A stretch of 51,082 nt of DNA from a virus (taxonomy: Duplodnaviria > Caudoviricetes). The stretch lies in IMG/VR virus record IMGVR_UViG_3300049000_000067, positions 1 through 51,082 of that record; one strand, given 5' to 3'. Position 1 is the first letter of the stretch. Each line of letters opens with the position of its first letter. The notes under the pieces were generated by a model, which did no database searches, had not been told where the DNA came from, and was given only the letters and a program-made list of their open reading frames with translations. Positions 24,115-34,198 of the stretch are shown one piece after another. The position numbers and the translations under genes were made by a program.

Positions 24115-25620
24115 ATGCTGCTCAAGAACCACGCCCAGTTCAACGGCTACGAGGCACGCAACGCGAAGCTGCATGTCCTCGGGTCGGACCCGTCGCTGGG
24201 CGGCTCCGACGGTGGGCGGGTCTGGTGGCGCAGCGACACCGGGCAGTTCCGGGGCTGGGACGGCGCGGCGGCGCACACGCTGACCAACCTGATCGAGCAG
24301 GTGCAGGGCGACGGCACGATCGGCGCCAGCCTGGCCAACAAGATCGTCTCGCTGTCCATCCCGGCGGCCAGCGCCGCGGTGCGCGGCACCATGTCGGCGG
24401 CCGACAAGACCAAGCTGGACGCGGCCACCAACGCGAACACCCCGAGCACGCTGGTCTTCCGCGACGCCTCCGGCAACTTCGTGGCCGGGACGATCACCGC
24501 GGCGCTCAACGGCCTGGCGGCCGACGCCACCCTGCATGGCGGGCAGACCCTGGCGCAGGTCCGCGACTTCGCCCAGACCACCGGCCAGCGCGCCGCACTC
24601 TCGGCGATCAGCGACTTCAACGCCGCGGTCCGGCTGAACACACTCGACCAGCTGACCCCGCCCGCCACCACGGTGTCGATGAACAGCCAGCGGCTGTCCA
24701 GCCTGGCCGACCCGACGCAGGCCCAGGACGCGGCCACCAAGAACTACGTCGACTCGGTGGCCACCGGGCTCGACCCCAAGGGCTCGGCGCGATTCGGCAC
24801 CACCGGCGCGCTGGCCGCGAACTACGCCAACGGCAGCTCCGGGGTGGGCGCGACGCTGACTGCCTCGGCCAACGGCGCCTTCCCAACCACCGACAACGTC
24901 ACCCCGGCGCTCAACGACCGGGTGCTGGTGAAGAACCAGGCCGCGCAGCCGCAGAACGGCCTCTACCGGATCACCGACCTGGGCTCCGGCGCAACGCCGT
25001 GGGTGCTCACCCGGACCACCGACGCGGACTCCGCGGCCGAGATCACGCCGGGCATGTTCACCTTCATCGAGGAGGGCACGCTCCTCGGGAAGACCGGCTG
25101 GGTGCTGGGTTCCACCGGCGCCACCACGGTCGGCACCACCGCGCTGCCGTTCACCCAGTTCTCCGGCGCGGGCACCTACCTGGCGGGCAACGGCCTGAGC
25201 CTGACCGGCTCGACGTTCGCCGCCGTCGGCACGGCCGGTCGGATCAGCGTCGGCGCCACGATCGACATCGACGCCGCCTACGTCGGGCAGGCCTCGATCA
25301 CCACGCTGGGCACCATCGCCACCGGCGTCTGGAACGCCACCACGATCGCTGTCGCCAAGGGCGGCACCGGCGCCACCACGGTGGCGGGCGCGAAGACCAA
25401 CCTCGGGTTCATGAGCCGCTACGCGGCGGACCTGGGGGCGGGCACCACCCTCACCGTCCCGCACAACCTGGGGACGGTCGACATCACCGTCGCGATCTGG
25501 GACAAGACCACCGGGGACCTCGTCCTGGTCGACCCGAAGATCGTCGACACGAACAACATCTCGGTCACCTTCGGCGACCCGATCGCGGCTGGCTCGCATC
25601 GCGTCGTCGTCATGGGCTGA
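24115..25620 (+). CDS. Neck/whisker fibre protein (501 aa)
   Basis: GAGGA RBS before ATG 24115; G.MSAADKTKLD, DAATKNYVD, DRVLVKNQ....NGLY...W.RTTDAD, AKGGTGATT and HNLGT fibre motifs. Confidence 0.75.
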   Translation: MLLKNHAQFNGYEARNAKLHVLGSDPSLGGSDGGRVWWRSDTGQFRGWDGAAAHTLTNLIEQVQGDGTIGASLANKIVSLSIPAASAAVRGTMSAADKTKLDAATNANTPSTLVFRDASGNFVAGTITAALNGLAADATLHGGQTLAQVRDFAQTTGQRAALSAISDFNAAVRLNTLDQLTPPATTVSMNSQRLSSLADPTQAQDAATKNYVDSVATGLDPKGSARFGTTGALAANYANGSSGVGATLTASANGAFPTTDNVTPALNDRVLVKNQAAQPQNGLYRITDLGSGATPWVLTRTTDADSAAEITPGMFTFIEEGTLLGKTGWVLGSTGATTVGTTALPFTQFSGAGTYLAGNGLSLTGSTFAAVGTAGRISVGATIDIDAAYVGQASITTLGTIATGVWNATTIAVAKGGTGATTVAGAKTNLGFMSRYAADLGAGTTLTVPHNLGTVDITVAIWDKTTGDLVLVDPKIVDTNNISVTFGDPIAAGSHRVVVMG

Positions 25621-25637
25621 CCCCTGACAGGAGGATC

Positions 25638-26027
25638 ATGACTGCCCCTACTGATCACGGCCATGGCCACGGTCATGGCCACAACGGCCAGGCGCCCGGC
25701 GAGGGCCTCCCGTTCCAGCCGGAGCCGCACTTCGCCATGCGCGCGCTCCAGGAGGACCTGGAGGCCACCCGGGCCGAGGTGATCGCGGCGAAGGACCGGT
25801 TGAACTACCAGCGCGCGGTCGCGCTCCAGGCGGGCGCCGAGTACGAGCACAACCTCGCGCTCAAGGAGGGTCAGATCGAGCAGCTCCGGGCCGAACTGGC
25901 CGACCTGCGCAGCAAGACCGAGAGCGGGGCCCAGGAGGGCGCTGAGAGCACGAACGGGCAGCCCCTGGTGGTCGACGCTGCGGGGGTGGCCTCCGGGGCG
26001 CAGGGCGGCTCTGAGGACTGGGCGTAG
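25638..26027 (+). CDS. Coiled-coil protein with HG-repeat N-terminus (129 aa), possible fibre chaperone
   Basis: AGGAGG RBS; DHGHGHGHGHNG; heptad pattern. Confidence 0.65.
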   Translation: MTAPTDHGHGHGHGHNGQAPGEGLPFQPEPHFAMRALQEDLEATRAEVIAAKDRLNYQRAVALQAGAEYEHNLALKEGQIEQLRAELADLRSKTESGAQEGAESTNGQPLVVDAAGVASGAQGGSEDWA

Positions 26028-26030
26028 CCC

Positions 26031-26786
26031 ATGCCTATCCCCATCCCACCGCCCTCCGACGAGGAGGTCGTCATCCCGATGCCTTCCCCCGGTGGGGTGG
26101 GGATCCAGGAGCGCCCGTACTACATCCGGGAGCCGCAGGACTGGCAGGTCGAGCAGGAGCGCGCGCGGCACAATCAGGCGCTCTACATGATCGGCGAGTG
26201 GGTGTTCATCGTGCTGATGTGGCACCAGCTCGACTTCGAGCGCGGGCTCGTCGCGAAGTGCACCCGCTGCTTCGCCGGGAGTGCCGGAGCGAAGGACCGG
26301 CGGATCGCCGAGGTCTACCAGCAGCCCCGGCAGAACGAGTGCCCGGTCTGTTTCGGCACCACCTTCGAGGGTGGCTACCGGGCGCGCATCGTGCGGCCCG
26401 CGATCGTCGCCGACGTCGAGGAGACCGAGAAGCAAGACCGGCGCGGCTCGATGCACCCGGCCGCGGTGACCTTCGAGACCACGATCGACTTCCGCACCCG
26501 GACGGGCGACTACGTCTTCCGGGCCGACGGCAGCCGGTGGCGGATCCAGAGCGCGGACCGGCTCCAGGTGCGGACCGGCTTCGAGCCGACCGGCACCGAG
26601 GCCAACGCGGTCGCCTACAAGCTCCAGGCAGGCCTGGAGGAGACCAGCACGGTGGCCTACAAGCTGCCCCCGGTCGACCAGCTCCAGGTGCGCGGCATCC
26701 TCAGCCAGGCCATGCGCTTCCCGGCCGACTTCGGCGCCTACGAGCACCTCGGCGGCCCGCTGATCCCGCCGTCCATCCTGGACTGA
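26031..26786 (+). CDS. Probable head-closure / neck protein with CxxC...CxxC
   Basis: KCTRC...ECPVCFGTTFEGGY; GDYVFRADGSRWRI; neck position. Confidence 0.6.
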   Translation: MPIPIPPPSDEEVVIPMPSPGGVGIQERPYYIREPQDWQVEQERARHNQALYMIGEWVFIVLMWHQLDFERGLVAKCTRCFAGSAGAKDRRIAEVYQQPRQNECPVCFGTTFEGGYRARIVRPAIVADVEETEKQDRRGSMHPAAVTFETTIDFRTRTGDYVFRADGSRWRIQSADRLQVRTGFEPTGTEANAVAYKLQAGLEETSTVAYKLPPVDQLQVRGILSQAMRFPADFGAYEHLGGPLIPPSILD

Positions 26787-26788
26787 GC

Positions 26789-27496
26789 ATGCTGACCGCG
26801 CCGCAGGTCCAGCTGACCACCAACCCGAGCAGCATGGTCATGCTCGTCAGCGGCCTCGGCCGCGAGGACGCCATCCGGCTGGCCGAGGACGCCCGCTACC
26901 GCTGCCGCCAGCGAATGCCCCGGGTGACCGGCCTGACCGCCTCCCGGATCGAGCCGATCGCTGACCGCGGCTGGTTCGGCGTGGCCTTCCCGGCGGAGGC
27001 CTGGTTCATGGAGCGCGGCACCAGCCCGTTCACCATGCGCTCGCTCGCGGGCAAGACCATCCCGATGTGGATCACCGACACCGATGGTTCGCTGCGCCGA
27101 TCCAACCCGAAGGCCCGGGTGCGCTCCACCGAGGACGGTCGCACCCAGGTCCTGATCTTCCGGCGGGCGGCCCAGATGGGCTCCCGCAAGACCACCTCGA
27201 AGCGCCGCGCCGACGGCAGCACCTACCGCTACAGCTCGCCTGCGGCCTACCCCGGCGCCCCGGGCCGGATCAACCGGCGACAGCCCAGCGCACCCTGGAC
27301 CCCGGTCGGGGGTCGCGGGGGAGCGGTGGGCGCAGGCAACGTCGGCGTGCGGTGGCGGCACCCCGGTGTGCGGGCCATGCAGAACATCAACTCGGCGCTG
27401 GCCGAGGCGGCCTTCGACGCCGGGCTCATCGTGCAGCCGGTGTTCGCCGTGGACGGGGCCGCGCTCGACCTGCTGCTCACCCGGAGGGTGGCCTGA
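26789..27496 (+). CDS. Basic neck / tail-completion protein (235 aa)
   Basis: ATG 26789; WFMERGT.PF...WRHPG motifs; position between head closure and tail terminator. Confidence 0.55.
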   Translation: MLTAPQVQLTTNPSSMVMLVSGLGREDAIRLAEDARYRCRQRMPRVTGLTASRIEPIADRGWFGVAFPAEAWFMERGTSPFTMRSLAGKTIPMWITDTDGSLRRSNPKARVRSTEDGRTQVLIFRRAAQMGSRKTTSKRRADGSTYRYSSPAAYPGAPGRINRRQPSAPWTPVGGRGGAVGAGNVGVRWRHPGVRAMQNINSALAEAAFDAGLIVQPVFAVDGAALDLLLTRRVA

Positions 27497-28185
27497 TGTA
27501 CATCTCGGTCCTGAAGACGGCGCTGGTGGAAGCCCTGCGGGCCACCTTCGACGGCACCTACCCGGAGCCCGACTTCCGGTCGATCCGCATCGGTATCGAG
27601 TATCCGGTGGAGCAGGCCGACTACCCGGGGATCTGGGTCAACTTCGACGACACCGACGAGCTGAGGGTCGCGGGCATCGACCACACCGAGATCATCGAGG
27701 TGGACGGCTTCGACCGGGTCGTCACCCGCTGGCGGTTCGGCGGCACGGTGACCATGACCGTGGTCGCGCTCAGCTCCCTGGAGCGCGACCGGCTCTACGA
27801 CGAGCTGATCAAGGTCATGGCGTTCGCCCGGGTCAAGGAGTCGATCTCCGAGTTCCGCCAGGTGATCGAGAACAGCGACCTGATCGCGATGAACGGCAAC
27901 TTCGACGTGCTCCGGCCGTCGGGGGACAACGCGGCGCCCGGGACCCCGTGGGGCACCGACGAGTTCATCTACGAGAAGTCGCTGTCGATGGATCTCATCG
28001 GCGAGTTCGTGTCCGACCCCGACCAGGCCACCCTCGTCCCGCTGCGCCTGATCAAGGTCCGGGGGTACGTCCAGGGGACGCCGGAGCCCCCGTTCACCGG
28101 CGAGTCCACGGTGGGCCTCGACCCGGGCCTCCCGGGGTCCGTCCCGACCGGCTTCGAGCTGGAAGTCAGCCAGAACTGGCAGTAG
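27496..28185 (+). CDS. Probable tail terminator protein (229 aa)
   Basis: TGATG coupling; EYP.....YPGIWV, VALSSLERDRLYD; immediately before the sheath. Confidence 0.6.
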   Translation: MYISVLKTALVEALRATFDGTYPEPDFRSIRIGIEYPVEQADYPGIWVNFDDTDELRVAGIDHTEIIEVDGFDRVVTRWRFGGTVTMTVVALSSLERDRLYDELIKVMAFARVKESISEFRQVIENSDLIAMNGNFDVLRPSGDNAAPGTPWGTDEFIYEKSLSMDLIGEFVSDPDQATLVPLRLIKVRGYVQGTPEPPFTGESTVGLDPGLPGSVPTGFELEVSQNWQ

Positions 28186-28186
28186 T

Positions 28187-28227
28187 CCTGTCCCTTCTTC
28201 CGTGAACCCGATGGAAGAAGTGAAGAG
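28187..28227 (+). promoter_or_regulatory. Putative late promoter, copy 6
   Basis: CCTGTC at 28187 and GAAGAAGTGAAGAG at 28214; upstream of the sheath. Confidence 0.75.
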
Positions 28228-28251
28228 GTCGGTCAGGCCGTACATGAAGGG

Positions 28252-29793
28252 GTGAGTTCGATTCCCGATTTCACGCGGTACGTCCCGCCTGACGTCTATG
28301 TCGACCCGGATGCCATTCCCACGGTCGCGCCGCAGGGTGTCGACCCGACCATTGTGGCGTTGATCGGTCAGGGCGTGGGTTACCACACCTACACGGAGAC
28401 CGTTTCCTTCGCCACGGCGACGTCGGCGGTGCTCTCGAAGCGCGGCATCAATCCCTCGTCGCTCGTGGTGCAGGGGCGCATCACCGACCCGGCCGCGCCG
28501 GGCCAGACGGTGCCCTACACCTTCGCCGCGGACGTGGTCGGCACCCCGGCGGACTACTCGACCACGGTGAACGCGGCGACCGGCCTGGACACCTCCACGG
28601 TCACGCTCGCGCGCACTACCACCGGCAAGATCGAGACGTCGCACCCCGAGGTGACGGTGACCTACCGGTACACCGACGCCGACTACCACGCGCTGCACGC
28701 CTTCGACGACTTCGACTCGCTGACCGAGGTCTACGGGCAGCCCTTCGACCCCGCGAACGGGGCGATCCAGAGCCCGCTCGCGCTGGCCGCGCAGATCGCC
28801 ATGCAGAACGGCGCCAACCAGATCTACACGGTGGCGCTGTCGGGCACCGGCACGATCCAGCAGCAGTTCATCGACGCCTACGGGCTGCTCGCGGGCAACT
28901 ACGAGGTCAACGTCGTGGTTCCGCTGGTCGACGGCATCGTGGACGACGACGCCGTGGCCGGGTTGATGCAGACCTTCAAGGCGCTGGTGGAGAACGACGC
29001 CGCCGACGGCTTCCTGCGGATCGCGATCATGGGCTTCGACAAGGACTACGACCCGACGCCGACCGACCTGGCCGGGGTGGCCACCGCGACCTCGTCGACC
29101 CGCGTGGTGCTGGCCTGGCCGAACCGGCTCAACGTCTACAACGGCGTGCTCAACCAGACCATCGAGATCGACGGCTACTACCTGGCGGCGGCCTACTCCG
29201 GCATGCTCTCCAGCCGGTCGCACGAGATCCCGCTGACGCACAAGTACCCGGTGGGCTTCATCGGCCTGCCGACGCCGGTCAAGCAGGCCATGACCAAGGC
29301 CGTGAAGAACCAGCTCAGCGGCTCCGGGGTGTGCGTCACCGAGGTGAACCGCAACGGGCGGCTGATGATCCGGCACGGCCTCACCACGGACTTCTCCGGC
29401 GGCGTGCTCGCCCGCGAGATCTCCCTGGTCCGAGCCCAGGACGCCCTCTACAACCTGGTCGACGACACGCTCAAGAGCGCGAACATGATCGGCCTGCCGA
29501 TCCAGGACGACACCGCGCTCCGGGTGAAGGGCATCTGCCAGGGTGCCCTGGAGCAGGCCAAGATCCGTGGGTTGATCAACGACTACAACAACCTGAAGGT
29601 GCGGCAGCAGAGTCCGCCGTCGGGCGACCCCACGATCATCGAGGTGCGCTTCCAGTACAAGCCGTCGTGGCCGCTCAACTACATCCTCGTGTCCTTCTCG
29701 GTCGACACCAACACCGGTGAATCGACGCTCACGAGCGTGTCCTCCACAGCCATCTCGGACGCGGCGAACACCGCGGCAGCGGGGACCTCCTGA
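28252..29793 (+). CDS. Contractile tail sheath protein (513 aa)
   Basis: YVPPDVYV N-terminus; AAAYSG...PLTHK; IRHGLTT...REISLVR..D; Y.P..PLNYI.V.F C-terminus. Confidence 0.9.
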   Translation: MSSIPDFTRYVPPDVYVDPDAIPTVAPQGVDPTIVALIGQGVGYHTYTETVSFATATSAVLSKRGINPSSLVVQGRITDPAAPGQTVPYTFAADVVGTPADYSTTVNAATGLDTSTVTLARTTTGKIETSHPEVTVTYRYTDADYHALHAFDDFDSLTEVYGQPFDPANGAIQSPLALAAQIAMQNGANQIYTVALSGTGTIQQQFIDAYGLLAGNYEVNVVVPLVDGIVDDDAVAGLMQTFKALVENDAADGFLRIAIMGFDKDYDPTPTDLAGVATATSSTRVVLAWPNRLNVYNGVLNQTIEIDGYYLAAAYSGMLSSRSHEIPLTHKYPVGFIGLPTPVKQAMTKAVKNQLSGSGVCVTEVNRNGRLMIRHGLTTDFSGGVLAREISLVRAQDALYNLVDDTLKSANMIGLPIQDDTALRVKGICQGALEQAKIRGLINDYNNLKVRQQSPPSGDPTIIEVRFQYKPSWPLNYILVSFSVDTNTGESTLTSVSSTAISDAANTAAAGTS

Positions 29794-29826
29794 CGATGAC
29801 CATTCTCCAGGAAAGGGCTCGGTGAC

Positions 29827-30315
29827 ATGCCGAACACTCAGGTCCGCGTTGTAGGTAGTTCCTTCTCGACGTTCTCCTACAAGGGCGTGCCGATCGCCTT
29901 TCTGGAAGGCGTCGAGGACTCCGGCCAGCGAGCATTCTCCGACGCCGGTCAGGGCTACCAGTTCATCCACCCGCTGGGGTACTCCCACCCCATCGAGATC
30001 GCCACGTCGCGCGTGCTCGCCGGAGGCACGCTCAACCTGACGATCCGCGAGCTGTGGAACCTCAACATCTGGGAGCACCTGTCCGGCCTGGCAGGCACCC
30101 GCAACATCGTGGACGTGTTCGCCCGGCTGGCCGCCGACCCGGCCTACGTGACCTGCCAGACGGTCATCAAGCCCCCCGGTGGGGGGCGACCGCGCGGCAA
30201 GATCTACAACAACTGCGTCGTGGTGGACATCGCCGACAACGACACGATCACCGTGGGGGCGCTCGCCGTCACCAAGGGCATCGTCGTCGCCTACACGCAC
30301 AGCTCCGCGCTGTGA
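29827..30315 (+). CDS. Tail tube protein (162 aa)
   Basis: Directly after the sheath; size; IHPLG...P.EI...GTL.LTIRELW...YNNC. Confidence 0.8.
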   Translation: MPNTQVRVVGSSFSTFSYKGVPIAFLEGVEDSGQRAFSDAGQGYQFIHPLGYSHPIEIATSRVLAGGTLNLTIRELWNLNIWEHLSGLAGTRNIVDVFARLAADPAYVTCQTVIKPPGGGRPRGKIYNNCVVVDIADNDTITVGALAVTKGIVVAYTHSSAL

Positions 30316-30353
30316 CCCCCTGACCCACCTCGACCCTTTCTGAGGAGCCGCGA

Positions 30354-30914
30354 TTGAGTCACCCCGATGACGCGTTGATCGAACCGTCCATCGCTGCTTC
30401 AGCCGCTACTGCCATTTCCCCCGGCCCTCCTCTGTCGAGCGACGCTCCAGAGGCCGTACAGGAGCCACTTCGGCAGTCCGGGTCTGACAAAGAGCAGCCC
30501 GACATTGAGCCAGCTGAGTTCGACGAACGGCAGAAATTGCCGTTCGAGGGCCTGCTGTACGTGGGATATCTGGAAGAAACAGTCGAAATTTTCGGCCACA
30601 CCTTCCGCATCGCCACCCCCTCGACGACCGAGCGCCTTCAGCTCGGACAGCTCCACGCCGAGTACGCGAACACGCTGGCTTCCGAGATCGCCTACCAGAC
30701 CCTCATGGTTTCCGCTCATCTCCGCTCGGTCGACAATCGCGAGCTACCGCAGCCCGTGACCAATGACCCCAAGGAGAACGCAGTCCGTGATCGTTTTCGG
30801 TGGGTGGGTGAGAACCTCCGCCAGCCGGTGATCGACCGTCTCTTCGGGCTCGTCCTGGAGCTGAACGGAAAGGTAGACAAGGTCATCGCGGCAATGGGGG
30901 AAGCACGGGGCTAG
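30354..30914 (+). CDS. Tail assembly chaperone (short form)
   Basis: Between tube and tape measure; GAGGAG RBS before TTG; ends just after a GGGGGAA slippery site. Confidence 0.8.
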   Translation: MSHPDDALIEPSIAASAATAISPGPPLSSDAPEAVQEPLRQSGSDKEQPDIEPAEFDERQKLPFEGLLYVGYLEETVEIFGHTFRIATPSTTERLQLGQLHAEYANTLASEIAYQTLMVSAHLRSVDNRELPQPVTNDPKENAVRDRFRWVGENLRQPVIDRLFGLVLELNGKVDKVIAAMGEARG

Positions 30915-31330
30915 TCGCAGTAGATCCCTACCTGCGCACGCATCTGCGGCTAGCCGAACGCCGGGGCCTGTTGGCCGGACGGCACATCTCACCCGTTCAG
31001 GAACTGGGACTCATTCTCCTGACGTATCTCGACGACATCGCTCAAGCCAAGGATGAGGTCGAATCTCTGAAGAAGGCCTTGGCAGCACGACCCGAATACA
31101 GCCCAAAGAAGATGTTCCCCGAGTACTTCAAGGAGCCGAAGAAGAGCACAGACGAGGTCACCCCCGAGGACTACGTCGGTATCGAGTGGAAGAGCCCGAC
31201 GGACGACCCGGAGGGGTGGAAGGACATCGAGAAGTTCCTCGCGGGACGGGCCGGTGGCTTCCTCACCGGAGACGACGTGGTGGGGACCCCGGCAGCGTCG
31301 AACGAGATCACCTGGACGGACTGGGAGTAG
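30354..31330 (+). CDS. Tail assembly chaperone, -1 frameshift long form (~325 aa)
   Basis: G GGG GAA at 30896-30902; the -1 frame is open (GSTGLVAVDPYLRTHLRLAERRGLLAG...) and joins ORF 30971-31330. Confidence 0.8.
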
Positions 31331-31342
31331 GAGGTGTGACCG

Positions 31343-34198
31343 ATGGCCGACCGCAACGACGAGCGCGGGCCCAGCCCCGAGGACCGCAGCCGGATGGACG
31401 AGATCCGACGCGCTCAGCAGCGGCCCGCAGGCGATCCCCGGATCACCGGCGAGCGCGGCGGCCCCGGTCGCCCCTACCACGTGGTCATCGACGACGCCGC
31501 CGACAAGTTCTTCGACTCGTTCCGGGCACCCACCGCGGCGCAGGGCCCGCAGCGTCCCGGTGAGGGCGGCACCCCGGGCAGCGGTACCGGGGAGGGCTTG
31601 TTCCGGGCCTCGATCGAGGGCGTCGAGGCGTTCGCCACCGCCACCCGGGCGACCACCACCGAGCTACGCAGCCACGTGGACATGGTCGGTCGGTGGACCG
31701 CGGACATGGGCCGGTTCACCGCGCTCTACCGCGAGCAGCACGAGCTGGAGCGGATCCGCGTCGACACGGTGCTGACCCGGATCGAGCAGAGCGCCAACCG
31801 GATCGCCAGCGCGGTCAGCGGGATGGACGACGGCGACACCGGCGGCGGACGGCACCGTCGGCGGCGGCGGGCGGATGGCTCCACCGAGCCGATCCCGGAC
31901 CTGGACAACCCGAACCCGGACGGCAGCTTCCCGCCCGCGCCCCCGCGGGGCCCCTCAGGAGGCGGTGGAGGGCCCGGGGGCGGTGGTGGAGGGGGAGGAC
32001 GCCCACCCACGCCGCCGACGCCTCCTGGGCCGCCTCACGGCCCCGCAGCGCCCCCGCCGTGGGACGACTCGCACACCCGGCTGCGCAGCCACCAGGCGGC
32101 TGACCGGCGCAGCACAGTCGGCGGCCTGCGCCGCCAGATCAGCCAGCGCGCCGCGGAGCAGCTGCACCAGGAGCACGGGCTCGGCGTGGAGGGGGCGGGC
32201 AACAGCTCGATCCAGGCCGTCACCGACCCGGAGACCGGCGAGCTGAGCCACTTCGAGGAGCGCGACGCCAGCGGCGCCGTCCTGCGCACGGCCACGCCCG
32301 ACTCCGACGAGGGCCGCTCGATGGCGCGCACCGCCATCCGCATGGCCTCGATCTCCCGGGCCGCCGGGGCGATGGCCAACGGCCGCGGGCTCGGTGGGGC
32401 GCTGCGGGGTGCTCTCGGCGGGGCCACGGCTGCCGCCGGAGCCGCTGAGGGAGCGGCGGGCGCTGCTGCCGGTGGAGCAGGGGCGGCGCTCGGGGGTCTG
32501 GCCGGGCTCGCCACCAAGGCCATCCCGGTGGTCGGGTGGGGAATGGCCGCTGCGGATGCCCTGGGTACCGGCTTCCGGTTCGCCCAGGACCAGCGCGCCA
32601 AGAACGCCTTCTACCAGAACATCCAAGGCGGCTCGAACGTCTCGGGCTTCGGCCAGCGCCTCCAGGAGGAGGGCTTCGCCTGGTCCGAGTTCCTCAACAC
32701 CGGGCTCGGCGACGAGGAGTCCCGCAAGGCCTTCAAGGGCATCAGCTCGATGGGCTTCCGCGAGCAGCAGCGGCAGGACATGTTGCAGTTCACCAGCGAG
32801 CAGTACAAGCGCCGGGGCATGGGCGTGGACCAGTCGCTCAAGGCCATCGAGATCGCTGCCGCGGGCGCCAACAGCCAGCTCGTCGGACTCGACACCGCGC
32901 TGATGCGGGTGACCAAGGCCGCCCAGCAGACCGGGCAGAACGCCGACGTCATGCGGGACAAGTTCCTCAACAGCTTCGGCGCCGCCACCGCGGCGGGCTT
33001 CGGTGTCTCGGCCGCGCAGGTCGCCGGGATCGTCACCGCGGAGGGTCCCGGTCGTTCCCGGGCCCTCCAGAACGTCGACTACTCGGGGATCTTCACCGAG
33101 GGCCAGCAGCGCATCGTGGCCGCCCAGCAGGGCATCTCCTACGGCGAGCAGATCTACAACAATGCCACCGGCAACACCGTCCCTGGCCTGGAGGCCAAGG
33201 ACAAGATGATCGACACCATGGTCAACTCGGTGCTCTCCGGTGGGCAGAAGAAGACCCTGGACGACGCCATCGCCGCCGCCGGTGGCCCGGACAAGATCAA
33301 GGATGATCCGGGGGCGAAGCGCAAGCTCGGCCTGGAGCTGCTGCGCCAGGGACTCGACCCGGGCCAGGTGAAGGCCATGGCCGAGGCGCTGATCGGGCCC
33401 GGGGCGCTGGCCAATGTCCCCGAGGACGACATCGGCGAGTACATCGTCGACCAGTACGTCGGCGGTGGTGACCTCTCCCAGGGCGCCGAGAAGGACCAGG
33501 CGGCGAAGAACGAGCGCAGCCTGACCCGTGACGACCGCAAGTGGGGTGGGATCTTCAACCCCGACGGCGGACAGAGCACGTTCGTCGCCGAGAACTTCAC
33601 CTCGGAGCTGGGCGACGAGCTGATGTCTAGCTTCGTCCCGGGCTCGGCTCAGGCAGCCAAGGACAACGCGGTCAGCGCCTACGCCGAGCGCCAGGACGAG
33701 ACGAACAAGATCGATCCGGCGATCGAGTCGATGATCACCAGCATCGGCGACAAGTCCGAGATCGGGATCAAGGTCCAGACCAAGGACGGACCGAAGGTCG
33801 TCACCCAGGCCGAGGCGATCAAGTACTACGGCGACCAGATCGCCAAGGGCACCGCGACGTTGGTCGGCGGTCCCTCGGACCTGTCCGGCCGCTCGGTCGG
33901 CGAGGTCACCGGAGTCACCCAGAAGGACTTCACCGGTGCCGGTGGGCGCGACTCCGACACCACCGACGACGCCTCGGTGGAGGACGTCGGGGTGTCCGAA
34001 GAGGACTGGATGAAGGACCACCCGAACGACACCGCGAAGAGCGAGGACGCGGCGTCCGGCGGCGGCACGGTGACGATCGACATGACCCCGGAGATGAAGC
34101 GTTTCTTCAGCGTCTCGACCACCGGTGCCGTGCAGAACGGCCAGGTCGAAGCCGGGGCTGCCGCAGGCCTGCCGCCCAGCGCCGGAGGGGGCGGCTGA
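31343..34198 (+). CDS. Tape measure protein (951 aa)
   Basis: Follows the chaperone pair; GGAGGTG RBS; Ala/Gly-rich and helical, with a hydrophobic segment AIPVVGWGMAAA. Confidence 0.8.
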   Translation: MADRNDERGPSPEDRSRMDEIRRAQQRPAGDPRITGERGGPGRPYHVVIDDAADKFFDSFRAPTAAQGPQRPGEGGTPGSGTGEGLFRASIEGVEAFATATRATTTELRSHVDMVGRWTADMGRFTALYREQHELERIRVDTVLTRIEQSANRIASAVSGMDDGDTGGGRHRRRRRADGSTEPIPDLDNPNPDGSFPPAPPRGPSGGGGGPGGGGGGGGRPPTPPTPPGPPHGPAAPPPWDDSHTRLRSHQAADRRSTVGGLRRQISQRAAEQLHQEHGLGVEGAGNSSIQAVTDPETGELSHFEERDASGAVLRTATPDSDEGRSMARTAIRMASISRAAGAMANGRGLGGALRGALGGATAAAGAAEGAAGAAAGGAGAALGGLAGLATKAIPVVGWGMAAADALGTGFRFAQDQRAKNAFYQNIQGGSNVSGFGQRLQEEGFAWSEFLNTGLGDEESRKAFKGISSMGFREQQRQDMLQFTSEQYKRRGMGVDQSLKAIEIAAAGANSQLVGLDTALMRVTKAAQQTGQNADVMRDKFLNSFGAATAAGFGVSAAQVAGIVTAEGPGRSRALQNVDYSGIFTEGQQRIVAAQQGISYGEQIYNNATGNTVPGLEAKDKMIDTMVNSVLSGGQKKTLDDAIAAAGGPDKIKDDPGAKRKLGLELLRQGLDPGQVKAMAEALIGPGALANVPEDDIGEYIVDQYVGGGDLSQGAEKDQAAKNERSLTRDDRKWGGIFNPDGGQSTFVAENFTSELGDELMSSFVPGSAQAAKDNAVSAYAERQDETNKIDPAIESMITSIGDKSEIGIKVQTKDGPKVVTQAEAIKYYGDQIAKGTATLVGGPSDLSGRSVGEVTGVTQKDFTGAGGRDSDTTDDASVEDVGVSEEDWMKDHPNDTAKSEDAASGGGTVTIDMTPEMKRFFSVSTTGAVQNGQVEAGAAAGLPPSAGGGG

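Noticed and set aside
24095-24135. CCTGTC at the end of the 23388 gene as another promoter copy
   Set aside because: No GAAG..TGAAG box at the 26-27 nt offset, which falls inside the next CDS.
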